A stretch of 64,000 nt of DNA. It comes from Octopus sinensis. Lineage: Eukaryota. Of this stretch, positions 25,251 to 36,977 are shown piece by piece. The DNA lies in the NCBI RefSeq assembly GCF_006345805.1, contig NC_043006.1, forward strand, positions 42,346,001 through 42,410,000. Direction: 5' to 3'. The notes beneath the pieces were generated by a model. That model was given only the letters and a program-made list of their open reading frames with translations. It was not told where the DNA came from and did not search any database. Positions within the stretch are counted from its first letter, which is position 1; every line of letters begins with the position of its first letter. Position numbers and translations under genes: made by a program.

Positions 25251-25334
25251 ATGAATGTAATTAAATTCAAAGAATTTTATAAGTGTAATAAATCTGAAAT
25301 ATTTGAATACAAAGCACCCAAGTAGGATACTCAC

Positions 25335-25457
25335 CCCAAACTGGTAGATCATCAATGTACATCTGGTACCAGTAATGATTTTTAACAGCATAAACAAATG
25401 CTTGATATTTTTCTTCTGTTAATTCTACAGTACAATATTCTGTTTTCTTAACTTCAA
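25335..25457 (-). CDS. TM9SF3: TM9SF3 exon 3 (123 nt)
   Basis: ctgcag|TT GAA...; (V)[40 protein letters not shown]; donor G|gtgagt. Confidence 0.96.
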
Positions 25458-25811
25458 CTGCAGAAAGAAAATAAAATAAAATAATAATTAAAGCTAAATT
25501 CAAAATTATTCCAATAATTTTTAAACGCATAAATAAATCATAACGAAAATAATAACCAAATGTTATTAATTATAAGAATATTTTACACCCATTAGTGCCC
25601 TTTTTTTTTTTATTTGATTACCAAAAATTTTTTTTTATACAACTTTATCTGATACTAAATATATTTAAAAAAAAAAAAATTATTACAATATTTGAAAGAC
25701 ACTCCAGACAGGATGACTAAAGATATCTCAGAAAAATACAAGTGCTGCAAGAATATGATGGATTATCCTGCTGGTCCTAAAAAAGGATCATGGGCGCTAA
25801 TGGGTTAAATA

Positions 25812-26376
25812 CAAGGTTATTCAAAAAGAATGAACTGATTTCATCATGCAATATTTTAATAAGGAAAAGCAATAGAAAACTCCAGCTAAGTTACAAGTAT
25901 TTACTCACAATCAACTTTTATTTCCTGTCTCACAAGTGTTCAATGTGGCCACCACCTGCAGCCATGGGGAACATCAATGTGACAAAGAGAATTCCTCCCA
26001 GACACGTGTCAGCATGTCAAGATCCACTGAGTTGATCCCTGTTGTTATTCAATGTTTAAGATTTTTTTCTCGTGGGGATGTGTAAAAGATCGTGTTTATG
26101 TTCCACTGCTACCCACTAACCTCGATGACCTTAAATATCAAATAACAACAGCGATCAACTCAGTCGATTGTGATATGCAGATACGCGTCTGGGAGGAATT
26201 CTCTTATCGCACTGATGCTGCCTGTGCAATAGGTGATGGCCACATTGAACACTAGTAAGACAGGAAATAAAAGTTGATTGTGAATAAATACTTGTGACTT
26301 AGCTGGAGTTTTCTATTGCTTTTCCTTATTAAAATATTGCATAATGAAATCGGTTCGTTCCTTTTGAATAACCCTG
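25812..26376 (+). mobile_element. Tc1/mariner deletion derivative with ~146-bp long TIRs (rosa/DD41D-like)
   Basis: TA|CAAGGTTATTCAAAAAG...CCTTTTGAATAACCCTG|TA; internal FFSWGCVKDRVYVPLLPTNLDDLKYQITTAI...GHIEH* transposase C-terminus. Confidence 0.85.
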
Positions 26377-26890
26377 TAAATACACACACACAGTGAGGTG
26401 CTTCATTTGCTGAAAAGAGCAAATACATCACACCCTGCTGGCTTAAAAACATAAAAACAATGAACACAAAGTTTTGTAATCCTAGCTGGTCACAATGTAA
26501 CCAAAGAAAAAAAAAACAAGACAGTCACATCTGGAACATTTCTGATCAAACATTTACTGGATTAGAACAGACCCAAGGCTAAAGAACAAGAACTAGTATA
26601 AACACAGATTATCTATACACATTGAATATATGGAGATAGGGATAAAGCAAAGGAAATGAAAGCACATATTGTAAATAGGTCAAACACCTCAGTGAAAATT
26701 TTAGAGATCAGTATATACTTCTTTCATATAAGAAAAAATCAATTACAAAATAAAATAAACAGCAATTTGCTATTTAAAACTAAGCAAAAACGTTGCATGA
26801 ATAAACAGAATCTCAATTTAATACTAGATGAAAACTGTAGCAGGAAATACTAAGTTAACATAGAAACAACAAGTACAACTGTTAAGAAAT

Positions 26891-27099
26891 CTTTTGTACT
26901 CTAGGCACAAGGCCAGAAATTTTTGAAGAGTGGGTGGGGCAGTCGATTAGATCAACTCCAGTACACAACTAGTACTTAATTTATTGACCCTGATGTCAAA
27001 GTCGACATCGGTGGAATTTGAAATGAAAATGTAAAGACAGACAAAATACCGCTAAGCATTTCGCAAGGCGTGGTAACGATTCTGCCAGCTCGTAGCCTT
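26891..27099 (-). mobile_element. SINE family B, tail type b
   Basis: ctctaggcacaaggccagaaattt...ggaatttgaa...gctaagcatttcg...ctgccagctcg. Confidence 0.75.
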
Positions 27100-27139
27100 A
27101 CTATTATTGAGAAATCACAACAGAAATGAGTCTAGCTTT

Positions 27140-27420
27140 TATTTGTTTCAGATACTAAACTACGGTCATGCTGGGGCACTGCCTTGAAAAATTTAGGTTG
27201 AATGAATTAACCTTAGTACTAACTTTTTTTTTTAAGCTCTCTCACAAACACACACACAATGGGCTTCTTTCAGTTTCCATCTATCTACAAAATGCACTCA
27301 CAAAGCTTTGGTCAGCCTCAGCTTAAAGTAGAAGACACTTGCCCAAGGTGCTATGCAGTGGGACTGAACCTAGAACCATGTGGTTGAGAAGCAAACTTTT
27401 CACCACACAGCAACTCCAGC
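27140..27420 (-). mobile_element. SINE family A with internal deletion
   Basis: gggcttctttcagtttcc...gaagacacttgcccaaggtg...gggactgaacc. Confidence 0.75.
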
Positions 27421-27738
27421 GCCTGTACGAATAATAACACTGAACAACAAATTTCAGGGTCAAGCAAAAAAAAAAAACATAGTTCTCATATACATTTATG
27501 AAGTTGCTTGAGCTAAATTCGAATTTTATAACAAAAATTTCCCATGACATTACATTTTCTTGTAAATTACCAACTTAATAATTATGCAATTATACCAATT
27601 TCCACAATACCATAAATTCATTTTGCTCCTAAAGTCAGATTAAATATGTCCATTGTAATTGATTTATAAATATATAATGAATGAGCTTGTTTGTTGGCAT
27701 TATATAATGTACTGACCTACATTTTAGTATTTACTTCT

Positions 27739-28195
27739 TTATTTATAAGACATCTCAGGTGTGTCATGCTTCAGGTTCCAGCAGAAATCAGCCAGCATTG
27801 CTGGGCTCCATTTTCCCTTATACCTGTTTTCCATTGACGCTATACCTCGATGGAAACTCTCTCCATATCCATCACTTACATCTCCTGCATTCTCTGAGAA
27901 GGACAGACGAGAATAAAGAAAGTGTATCTTCAGTGACATATTGCATCCGAGATCTTGGAAGCACTTGATTAAGCACTCCACTATACTCTCTCGCTGGGCC
28001 ACTCCGTGCTTTCCCAAAATTCCTTTGCATACATCTTTGAATGCATGCCAGGCCACAAGCTCAGTTTCATCCATTGTCACCTCATCAGCTATATGTCAAC
28101 AAATCTGAGGGTCTATGGATATGCCCTCTTTAACCTTGGCATCATTTATTTTAGGGAAGATCACGTTAAGGTACTGGAAATATGGCTTGTTAAGT
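27739..28195 (-). mobile_element. Chapaev(3)-like (CMC superfamily) transposase remnant
   Basis: FQYLNVIFPKINDAKVKEGI...AWHAFKDVC...GCNMSLKIHFLYS...VSDGYGESFH...MENRYKGKWSPAMLADFCW resembles the MSLKIHFLHSH / SDEQGERFHQD signature; catalytic motifs decayed. Confidence 0.7.
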
Positions 28196-29639
28196 TGCAA
28201 GTGTTAAATCACAAACTAGATCAGGTTGGGTGATAAGGTGGGGCTTCTTGTCAGATTTACCATGGATATGGATCTATATAACTACAAAAATATTGAGTGT
28301 ACTTTTATAATTTTCATAGGTTAGGTTAACAAATACCTTAGGAATACCCCATTAAAATTATATCAAAATCCATTCATGACTTTCTAAAAAGCAAAAGCCC
28401 ATCTAATCAAATAAAACACCTTGTACTAATTTTCACCACCATTTGTTTAACCAGTTTGAAATCAACTCATTTCATACTGAAATGCTTCTAAGTCTCTAGC
28501 ATGAAACTAGTGGCTTTAGTGTGTCCATATTTAAATAAGAACCCTCAACTATAAAATTACATAAGAACAGCTTTTACTGAACCATTAAGTTATGGGGATG
28601 TAAGCAAACCATTACCAGCTATAAAGCAAGGGATGCAGGAGCGAACCCTCATACAGGGGGTGTATACAGGAATTGAACCCAAAACCATGTGGTTGCAGAG
28701 TGACAGTCTTAACCACATAGCTACCTTCCAAGCAGTAATTTCACACAGATATTTCTGAAGATCTCTCCAAATTCCTATTGACTCTTAGATTCAATTAAAA
28801 CCTAAGCAATGTAATTTTGTTTTTAAAAAATATGCTTCTAAAAATAGTCAAAATTAAATATTGCTTTTTTTTTTTTAGGGAGGTGAACATAATGTACTTT
28901 CGTACTTTACTTTTAAACAGGATATCACCAGTGTACAATCACAAATTTTATTAACCAGTGTATAATCACTAAGTTTGAACAGGTAGCATAAATTAACATT
29001 AAAAAAAAAAAAAGATGTGAAAGAGATTTCAAGCAATAGCTTTTTTTTTTTTGCCCTTCTGTTTTTTGTTTTTACCTTACATGTCTGAATTAGTTACAAG
29101 GATGAAATGCAACTGTATTCAAAACTTCTATAACTATATTAGGTTATTTGACCTAATCAATAAGATTTTACAATATAACATTAATTACGTATAAAATACA
29201 TAAATTGTGGTTTCAAATTAATTACTGATGCTTTGCTTTTTCCAATTATTATGAATATTAAAACAAGTCAAGATATTTTAATTACTTTATGGGAATGACA
29301 TTTGCTTTAACTCATTCTCTCTCTTTCTCTACCAGTGCCTCTTAACATCTGTTGCTTCTTCATTGCTCATATTAATATCCCCCAACCTCTTTCTCTCTCT
29401 CACTGTACACTGCAACAGCAAGCATTCCTTGCAGATACAAAGAGAGAAAGTCCTCAGACACCATTCAATGTTTTTATTCAAGTTACAAAAGTCACAAACC
29501 AATTTCTGCAATTATGGCAAACGCAACGTAGTTACATTTTCAATTTTAAAAAATTATACATAACAGCATATGATACTCTGTTCACTTAAATATACCATCA
29601 CTTTGAAACCATATGATGCACCCTGTCACAATTACAGCA

Positions 29640-30718
29640 TTTGGACCTCTGCTGGTGACAAAGGGCCTCTTGCTCAGAGTAAAAGGTAGACTGTATGACG
29701 CATGTGTACGAACAGTCATGCTACATGGCAGTGAAACATGGGCCATGACTGCTGAGGACTTGCGTAAGCTAGCAAGGAATGAAGCCAGTATGCTCCAATG
29801 GATGTGTAATGTCAGTGTGCATACTCGACAGAGTGTTAGTCCCTTGAGAGAAAAGTTGGACCTAAGAAGCATCAGATGTGGTGTGCAAGAGAGACGACTG
29901 CGCTGGTATGGCCATGTGGCAAGAATGGATGTGGATAGCTGTATGAAAAAGTGCCACACCCTAGCAGTTGAGGGAACCTGTGGAAGAGGTAGACCCAGGA
30001 AAACCTGGGATGAGGTGGTGAAGCATGACCTTCGAACATTGGGCCTCACCAAGGTAATGACTAGTGACCAGGATCTTTGGAAATATGCTGTGCTTGAGAA
30101 GACTCGGCATGCCAAACGAGACCATAACCTCGTGGCCTATGCCAGGGGTATAACCAGCCCACTTATGCATACCTTTCCTTCATTGGACACTAAACTCTGC
30201 TTGCGAAGACCTGTTGAGGCAAGTGAAATCGAAATCAAAATCAAATTCGATGACTGACATCCATGCTATTGGCGCACTAAGAGTACCATACGAGCATGAT
30301 CGTTGCCAGAGCAACAAACTGGCCTCCGTGCTGGTGGCACGTAAAAAGCACCATTCAAGCGTGATCGTTACCTGCGTCGCCTTACTGGTACTTGTGCTGG
30401 TGGCACACAAATAAACATACGAGCGAGGTTGTTGCTAGTGCCACTGGACTGGCTCCTGTGCAGGTAGCACATAAAAAGCACCATTTGAGCGTGGCAGTTG
30501 CCAGTACCACCTGACTGGCCCTGCCAGTGGCACGTAAAAGCACCCACTACACTCTCGGAGTGGTTGGCATTAGAAAGGGCATCCAGCTGTAGAAACTCTG
30601 CCAGATCAGATTGGAGTTTGGTGCAGTCATCTGGTTTGCCAGACCTCAGTAAAATCGTCCAACCCATGCTAGCATGGAAAGCAGACGTTAAACGATGATG
30701 ATGATGATGATGATGATG
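29640..30718 (+). mobile_element. 5'-truncated RTE-clade LINE: ORF2 C-terminus, ~600-bp modular 3' UTR, (GAT)n tail
   Basis: ORF 29613-30257 MLHGSETW...RRLRWYGHVARM...GRGRPRKTWDEVV is the RTE ORF2 C-terminal signature; contiguous with the module array and terminal region. Confidence 0.9.
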
Positions 30719-31081
30719 TATAGCCCAACACACTTCCTCTAACTAATTCGTCATAAAAAATCTAAGAGTAGTTTAGTTATTAAAAAACCAAATTCAATTG
30801 TTACTTTTTAACTTTGATAGTAAGAAAAACACATCAACGGATATAATTACAATGCCATGCGTGACATTGACATTTTTCTCTTCAGTTATTAGAAGAAAAA
30901 AACGAAAATAAAATCAATATAACTACATGTTGACTTTCTTCTAAAGTTACAAATGGTATGTATTCACAGCCACTACTCAAATTTCTTTGTCAAATGAATG
31001 GCTTATTTTTTCACATTGCTTTGAATTCATACACCTTGTTTTGAATTAATCTTGTAGCTTCAAGATTTCAAAGGCATTCTT

Positions 31082-31636
31082 TTATTCTTTTATTTTTTTT
31101 CGGTCATTTGACTGCAGCCATGCTGGAGCACCGCCTTTAGTTGAGCAAATCAACCCCTGGACTTATTCTTTGTAAGCCTGGTACTTATTCTATTGGTCTC
31201 TTTCACCGAACCACTAAGTTATGGGGACGTAAGCACACCAGCATCGGTTGTCAAGTGATGTTAGGGGGACAAACACAGACGCATATACACACACAGAAAA
31301 ACCAAAGCAAAGATGAAGACAGGTGTATAAACAACAATCGGGTGTATTAGTTTGACACTCGGGAAGGTGAGAAAGTGTTTTACATTTCGAGCCTATGCTC
31401 TTCAACAGAAAGAAACACAAGGAAATAAACAGAGAGAGAATAAAAAAAACTTGAGGAGCTATGGCGACTCATATATACGACAGGCTTCTTTCAGTTTCCG
31501 TCTACCAAATCCACTCACAAGGCTTTGGTCAGCTCAAAGCTATAGTAGAAGACACTTGCCCAAGGTGCCATGCAGTGGGACTGAACCCGGAACCATGTGG
31601 TTGTTTAAGCAAGCTACTTACCACACAGCCACTCCT
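31082..31636 (-). mobile_element. SINE family A interrupted by a Penelope-like fragment (~31295-31468); itself inside a TTAA-type MITE
   Basis: SINE tail 31082-31292, head 31470-31636; foreign insert sits in the CA microsatellite. Confidence 0.75.
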
Positions 31637-32067
31637 ATTTTCAGAATGACATTGTAGAGTAGGTGTGAGAAGTCAGATTTGGTCAGATTTAACATAAAAC
31701 AGGTAAAATATTTGGGCCAGATAAGGCCAGATTAAATGCTAAGGGGTTAAGTCAGTGTGATTGTACCTGAAGTAACTGATCTTCAGCAGTAATAGTTCTG
31801 TTTATACCAAATTCAAATCTCATTAATCACAACTGATTTTCCTTGTATTATTAATAAAAAAAAAGCACTAGTGTTATAGGTATGAGATATATTGGCCCAG
31901 ATGCTTTGGTGTCATTGATTAGATATGACTTATTCGATATCAAATGTATTAATCTATCTCTCATTCCCCCACTGCACACCAACCCTACTGTTTGTGTAGG
32001 AGCATATTTCTAGAGAAAGATTTTACATCAATAGTGTTCAATTAGCAAATTGTAATCTCTCTCTCAT

Positions 32068-32312
32068 GGAGGCGCGTGGCTCAGTGGTTAGAGTATCAGC
32101 ATCATGATCGTAAGATTGTGGTTTCAATTCCTGGACCGGGCGACGCGTTGTGTTCTTGAGCAAAACACTTCATTTCACGTTGCTCCAGTCCACTCAGCTG
32201 GCAAAAATGAGTAACGCTGCGATGGACTGGCATCCCGTCCAGCTGGGGAACACCTACGCTATAGAAACCGGGCCCTTGAGCCTGGCTAGGCTTTAAAAGG
32301 GTGCATTTATTA
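32068..32312 (+). mobile_element. tRNA-derived SINE family C, near-intact
   Basis: A box tggctcagtgg, B-box-like ggtttcaattcc, CORE-like body, gcgatggactggcatcccgtccag segment, TTA-rich tail; TSD-like aatctctctc on both sides. Confidence 0.8.
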
Positions 32313-32701
32313 TTTTTTTAAATCTCTCTCACACATAGTCTGTATGTGCATATTTATGTGTACATGCGTGTGCACAAAACATACAGGCACCAAAACAGGT
32401 TGAATCTCCAGTCAGCCATGCCAAATCATCAACATTCAAACAATCATACCCAATCCTCTCATTCTGTGGTATTCATTATCGGCGGCATTTTAGCATGGGT
32501 CCAATCATTTATTTGGTTTCTTTTTGACCACTTCTTCCCCTCTCTGTGTTTTTGCCTCTGATGACTAATGAGGCCAATTCTGTGGTATTACACTGAAGAC
32601 AATTGACTGCAGGTGAGTTTGGCCTGAATAAGGAATGCTAATTACTTATTATAGACAGATACTGTAACTTGACAGTAATTCTTAGAGTAAATTCCAAAAT
32701 A

Positions 32702-32811
32702 CAGTAATACCTCACTTTACGAGTTTTTATGCGTTTTATTTATTGTTTATAAGTTTTCGCTTTACAAGTGTTCCCCGGGAATTAATTAACTCATATATCA
32801 AGGCATTACTG
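32702..32811. mobile_element. pogo/Tigger-type MITE
   Basis: TA|CAGTAATACCT...AGGCATTACTG|TA. Confidence 0.65.
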
Positions 32812-33000
32812 TAAATGGTTTCTACTTCCAAGCGAAATTGTTTGACTTCCAGTGCTAATGCTCCTGAGAAAAGCATGACCATTCTACTTTACACCAATAT
32901 ATTTGAAGTATCAAGAGTATTTTCCCTAACAAAAAGATCAAAACTAAAAGGGTTCCACAGATGCTTTCACATCTAGGAGATTGTTGAAATCTTTAAAGCG

Positions 33001-33340
33001 CAGGAGTAGCTTGCTTAACAACCACATGGTTCTGGGTTCAGTCCCACTGCGTGGCACCTTGGGCCGACCAAAGCCTTGTGAGTGGATTTGGTAGACAGAA
33101 ACTGAAAGAAGCCTGTCATATATATATGTGTATGTGTGTTTTGTGTGTCTGTGTTTGTCCCCCCAACATTGCTTGACAACTGATGCTGGTGTGTTTACGT
33201 CCCCATAACTTAGCAGTTCAGCAAAAGAGACCAATAGAACAAGTACTAGGCTTACACAGAATAAATCCTGGGGTCGATTTGCTCAACTAAAGGCGGTGCT
33301 CCAGCATAGCTACAGTCAAATGACTGAAACAAGTAAAAGA
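33001..33340 (+). mobile_element. SINE family A
   Basis: caggagtagcttgc...ggttcagtcccactgcgtggcaccttggg...gactgaaacaagtaaaagag. Confidence 0.85.
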
Positions 33341-34441
33341 GGTAACAGAATAGCTTTATCATCATCAGCAGCAGCTTGTTTCAATGTCCACTTTTCTATG
33401 ATTGCAGGTGTCATAGAAAGTTTGTTGAGGCAGATTTTCTATGCCTGGATACCCTTCCCATCACCAACCCTCACCTGTTTCCAAGTAAGCTAATATTTCC
33501 CTAATGACCAGAGATGTTTTTTTTTTTGTTTTTTTTTACAGAAAATTGGAAACGAAGACCATTTAAACTATCACAAAATGTCATGGCAAGGAGACAGCAA
33601 CACACACATGCAGACACACACACACACATGCAGACACACACATACACACATGCAGACGCATACACACGATGATGATCTTTCAGTTTCCATCTACCACATC
33701 CACACACAGGCATATAGCAGAAGACACTTGCACAAGGTGCTCATATAGTGTGAAATATTCTTTAATGCTCTCAGTAAGTAATACAGCGCTTAGATGTACA
33801 GTTAACAGCACATCAGATAAAATATTAAAAAATGTAAAGTATTTAAATGAAGCACTGGATGCCAAGAACAATGTTGATTCTGTTCCTGCAACCAATTTGT
33901 AAAATCTAAATCATTTTTTCCAATCAGAAAATGGTTGTAACATAAACACTGCTACACTCCATACTGCAAGACCCACTTAAGACAAAGAGTCTAGCTTAAA
34001 CTCAGACTTGGTTCAAGCTAAGCATATGCATGTGGTGGAAGTTTTTGATCACCTGGTCATTTACCATATTTATTTATGTATAAGTCATACAACTTTATCC
34101 TTTAACTGACAAAAGCTGAGGTGTGGCTTATACACAGGACAAAGTTAATATGATCGTCATCTTCATTTAACATCCTTTTACCATGCTGGCATGGGTTAGA
34201 CAGTTTGACCAAAGCTGGTGAGTCAGAGAACAGCACCAGGCTCCAGTCATCTGGGGATTAGTGTGACATTTTTCTATAACCATTATAATAACCTCTGTTC
34301 ACCAGAGTGAGCTGGTCTCTTCTCAGTCTTTTCTATCACCTCCTTTCACCTCTCATTATCCACTTTGCATTCAACTACACACAAATATGTACAAGCCACC
34401 AAATCCAGTCCTTCTCCCTCAGAACACCATAAATCTAGAAT

Positions 34442-34664
34442 AAGGTGGCGAGCTGGCAGAAACATTAGCACGCTGGGCGAAATGCTTAGCGGTATTTCGT
34501 CTGCCATTACGTTCTGAGTTCAAATTCCGCCGAGGTCGACTTTGCCTTTCATCCTTTCGAGGTCGATTAATTAAGTACCAATTACACACTGGAGTCAATG
34601 TAATCGACTTAATGTCCTTGTTTGTCCCCTCTATGTTTAGCCCCTTGTAGGCAATAAAGAAATA
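34442..34664 (+). mobile_element. SINE family B, tail type a, young copy with 21-bp TSD
   Basis: TSD agaacaccataaatct(a/g)gaat at 34421-34441 and 34665-34685. Confidence 0.9.
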
Positions 34665-35810
34665 AGAACACCATAAATCTGGAATGTTCTTCATCACTAA
34701 TGTCTATCACGCGGGAGTTAAGCTACAACAACATTTAATGGCATCGAGTTCCTTGGTCTTGGAGAGTATGCAAAAGTTATTGACGATACTCCTTCCAACA
34801 GATTCAGCCAGTAAAAAACAGAATTTATTACTTCCACAATCTCCTACTATGTATTAGTGACCTTCAACAATATATTCTTGCTTGCCAGGATCAAGTCAGA
34901 ATGACCTCACCATTAACACACAATTATGTTAATGATGCTTTTGCATTGACATTCTTCTTTGCTGTCTTTCACTGGGGCTAGATATTATTACAAGTTCAGA
35001 TAATTATATAAATTATCTAATAATTGCTAAAACAAATAATTTTAATACCAGCTAAAGATACCACACAATGAGTGAAGGATTTTTGTTTTTGTTTTGTTTT
35101 TTTTGAGGGGGGTTGTTTTCTTTAGATGAGAGGGTACTAGTATTTTAACTCTTGATCCATTGTTGAAGGAATTAATGACAGAATATAGCTCTTAAAAAGT
35201 CAGCGAACAAGCAGAATTGTTAACATGTCGGACAAAAAGCTTAGCAGCATTTCATCTGGCTTTTTATATACTGAGTTAAAATTCCAGAGAACTTTGCCTT
35301 TCATATCTTCGGGGTTGATAAAATAAAATACCAGACAAGTTCTGGGATTGATATAATCAACTTGTTCCTTCCCATCAAAATCATTGGCCTTGAATCCTTT
35401 CATGCCGACACCAGGTAACCAGCCTAATGAGTCTTAGGGCTTAAGAAAAATTTTTTTTTGAGTTTTAGAAAAAACAGTACCCATTTTGGGGTACATAAAG
35501 AGATTTACTAATCTTAAATATAAAGCTTAAAAATTGATCAAAGGATTTCTAACATAAGCACGAAGGACTCAAATTTAGAAGAAGAATACAGATGATCTAA
35601 TTAATTCAAGTATTTGATTGGTACCTTATCAACACTCGAGAGATGAAATTGAAAGATAACCTCAGTTGAATCTGAACTCACAATAGAAGTAACATGACTA
35701 AAAATTGCAAGGAATTTTGTCAAATGCTGTACTGATTCAGCCAATGAATTGCTCCTTAATACTTGCTTCTAACATAGGCACAAGGCCTGGAATTTGTGAA
35801 GAAACAAATA

Positions 35811-36390
35811 CAGGCATACCTCACCCTACGTTGTTAATTGGCTTCTGGAGACACAATAATAACTATTCCTGGTTCTGTACTTCCAGCGTTATAGTATAAC
35901 GCTTAGCACTTTCATTATGAATTCTCTTAGGAGCCATGGGAGCAAAAAATAAAGTCACAAATGAATGACAGTGAGACAGTAGACGATAACCAGACATAAA
36001 CAAATTTGAATTCAAAACAATCACAGGAATCATGAGTGACAACAATGCCTAACAGTAGATATGCAATATAAGCGCTGAAAGACTGATAAAGACAGCATAG
36101 CTGATTTCATGATTTCATTCACTAAGCTACACTACTTTATGGTGTGTATCTTAACAGTAACTGTACGTATTTTAATATGATTTTATATGCTTGTATTCTT
36201 ATTTATTGTACAGTAACATGATTTTACATTCTTTTAACAGTTTTCTAGTGATTTTACGATTCCAATATTTGTGGCGGACAGATGCAAAGTCGAGTAAAAT
36301 GACTTCACTTTTTATTTTTACATATTTTTGAAAACCGACGTATAATCAAGAACGACTTAAATCAAAATCACTTAAGCCAAGGTATGCCTG
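35811..36390 (-). mobile_element. Tigger/pogo deletion derivative inserted in a SINE-B copy
   Basis: TA|CAGGCATACCT...AGGTATGCCTG|TA; retains an N-terminal MAPKRIHNESAKRYTITLEV (pogo-type HTH start) on the minus strand. Confidence 0.75.
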
Positions 36391-36562
36391 TAATCAATTT
36401 TATTGACCCCAGTATTTGACTGTCACTTTAATAATTCAGAGGGATGAAAGGCAGACTAAGTAAAGACAAAAGTTTTAGTTAGCAGGAAACAAAGCAAGGT
36501 TCTATCATCTGAGAAGTAACAAGGCTCACTAGGCAGAAGAGAAGTCAGTAGAAAGCGCCCCA

Positions 36563-36977
36563 AGAGAAAAGTTGGACTTAAGAAGCGTCAGATGTGATGT
36601 GCAAGAGATGACTGCACTGGTATTGTCATGTGTTGCATATGGATGAGAACAGCTGTGTGAAAAAGTGTCACACCCTAGAGGGAACCTGTGGAAGAGGTAG
36701 ACCCAGGAAGACCTGGGATGAGGTGGTGAAGTACAACCTTTGAACGTTGGGCTTCACTGAGGCAATGTCAAGTGACCGAGACCATTAGAGATATGCTGTG
36801 CTTGCGAAGACCCGACAAGCCAAGTGAGATCATAATTGTGCCAGTGCAGCATAACCAGCCGATTTAAGAGTACCCTTCAATCATTGGGCAATAAACTATG
36901 CTTGCAAAGACCTGTTGAGGCAAGTGAAATCATTGTCGTGACCAATGACAGTACCACCTGATTGACACCCATGCCAT
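36563..36977 (+). mobile_element. RTE-LINE ORF2 C-terminal fragment
   Basis: Matches 29867-30230 (gagaaaagttggac...ggtagacccaggaagacctgggatgaggtgg). Confidence 0.85.

Noticed and set aside
29613-30257. 214-aa ORF as a host gene or active retrotransposon
   Set aside because: Only the C-terminal part of RTE ORF2; no endonuclease or RT core; 5'-truncated copy reading through into the UTR.
32068-32140. tRNA gene candidates (A/B boxes here and at other SINE heads)
   Set aside because: No complete cloverleaf; each continues into a SINE body with tail and TSD.
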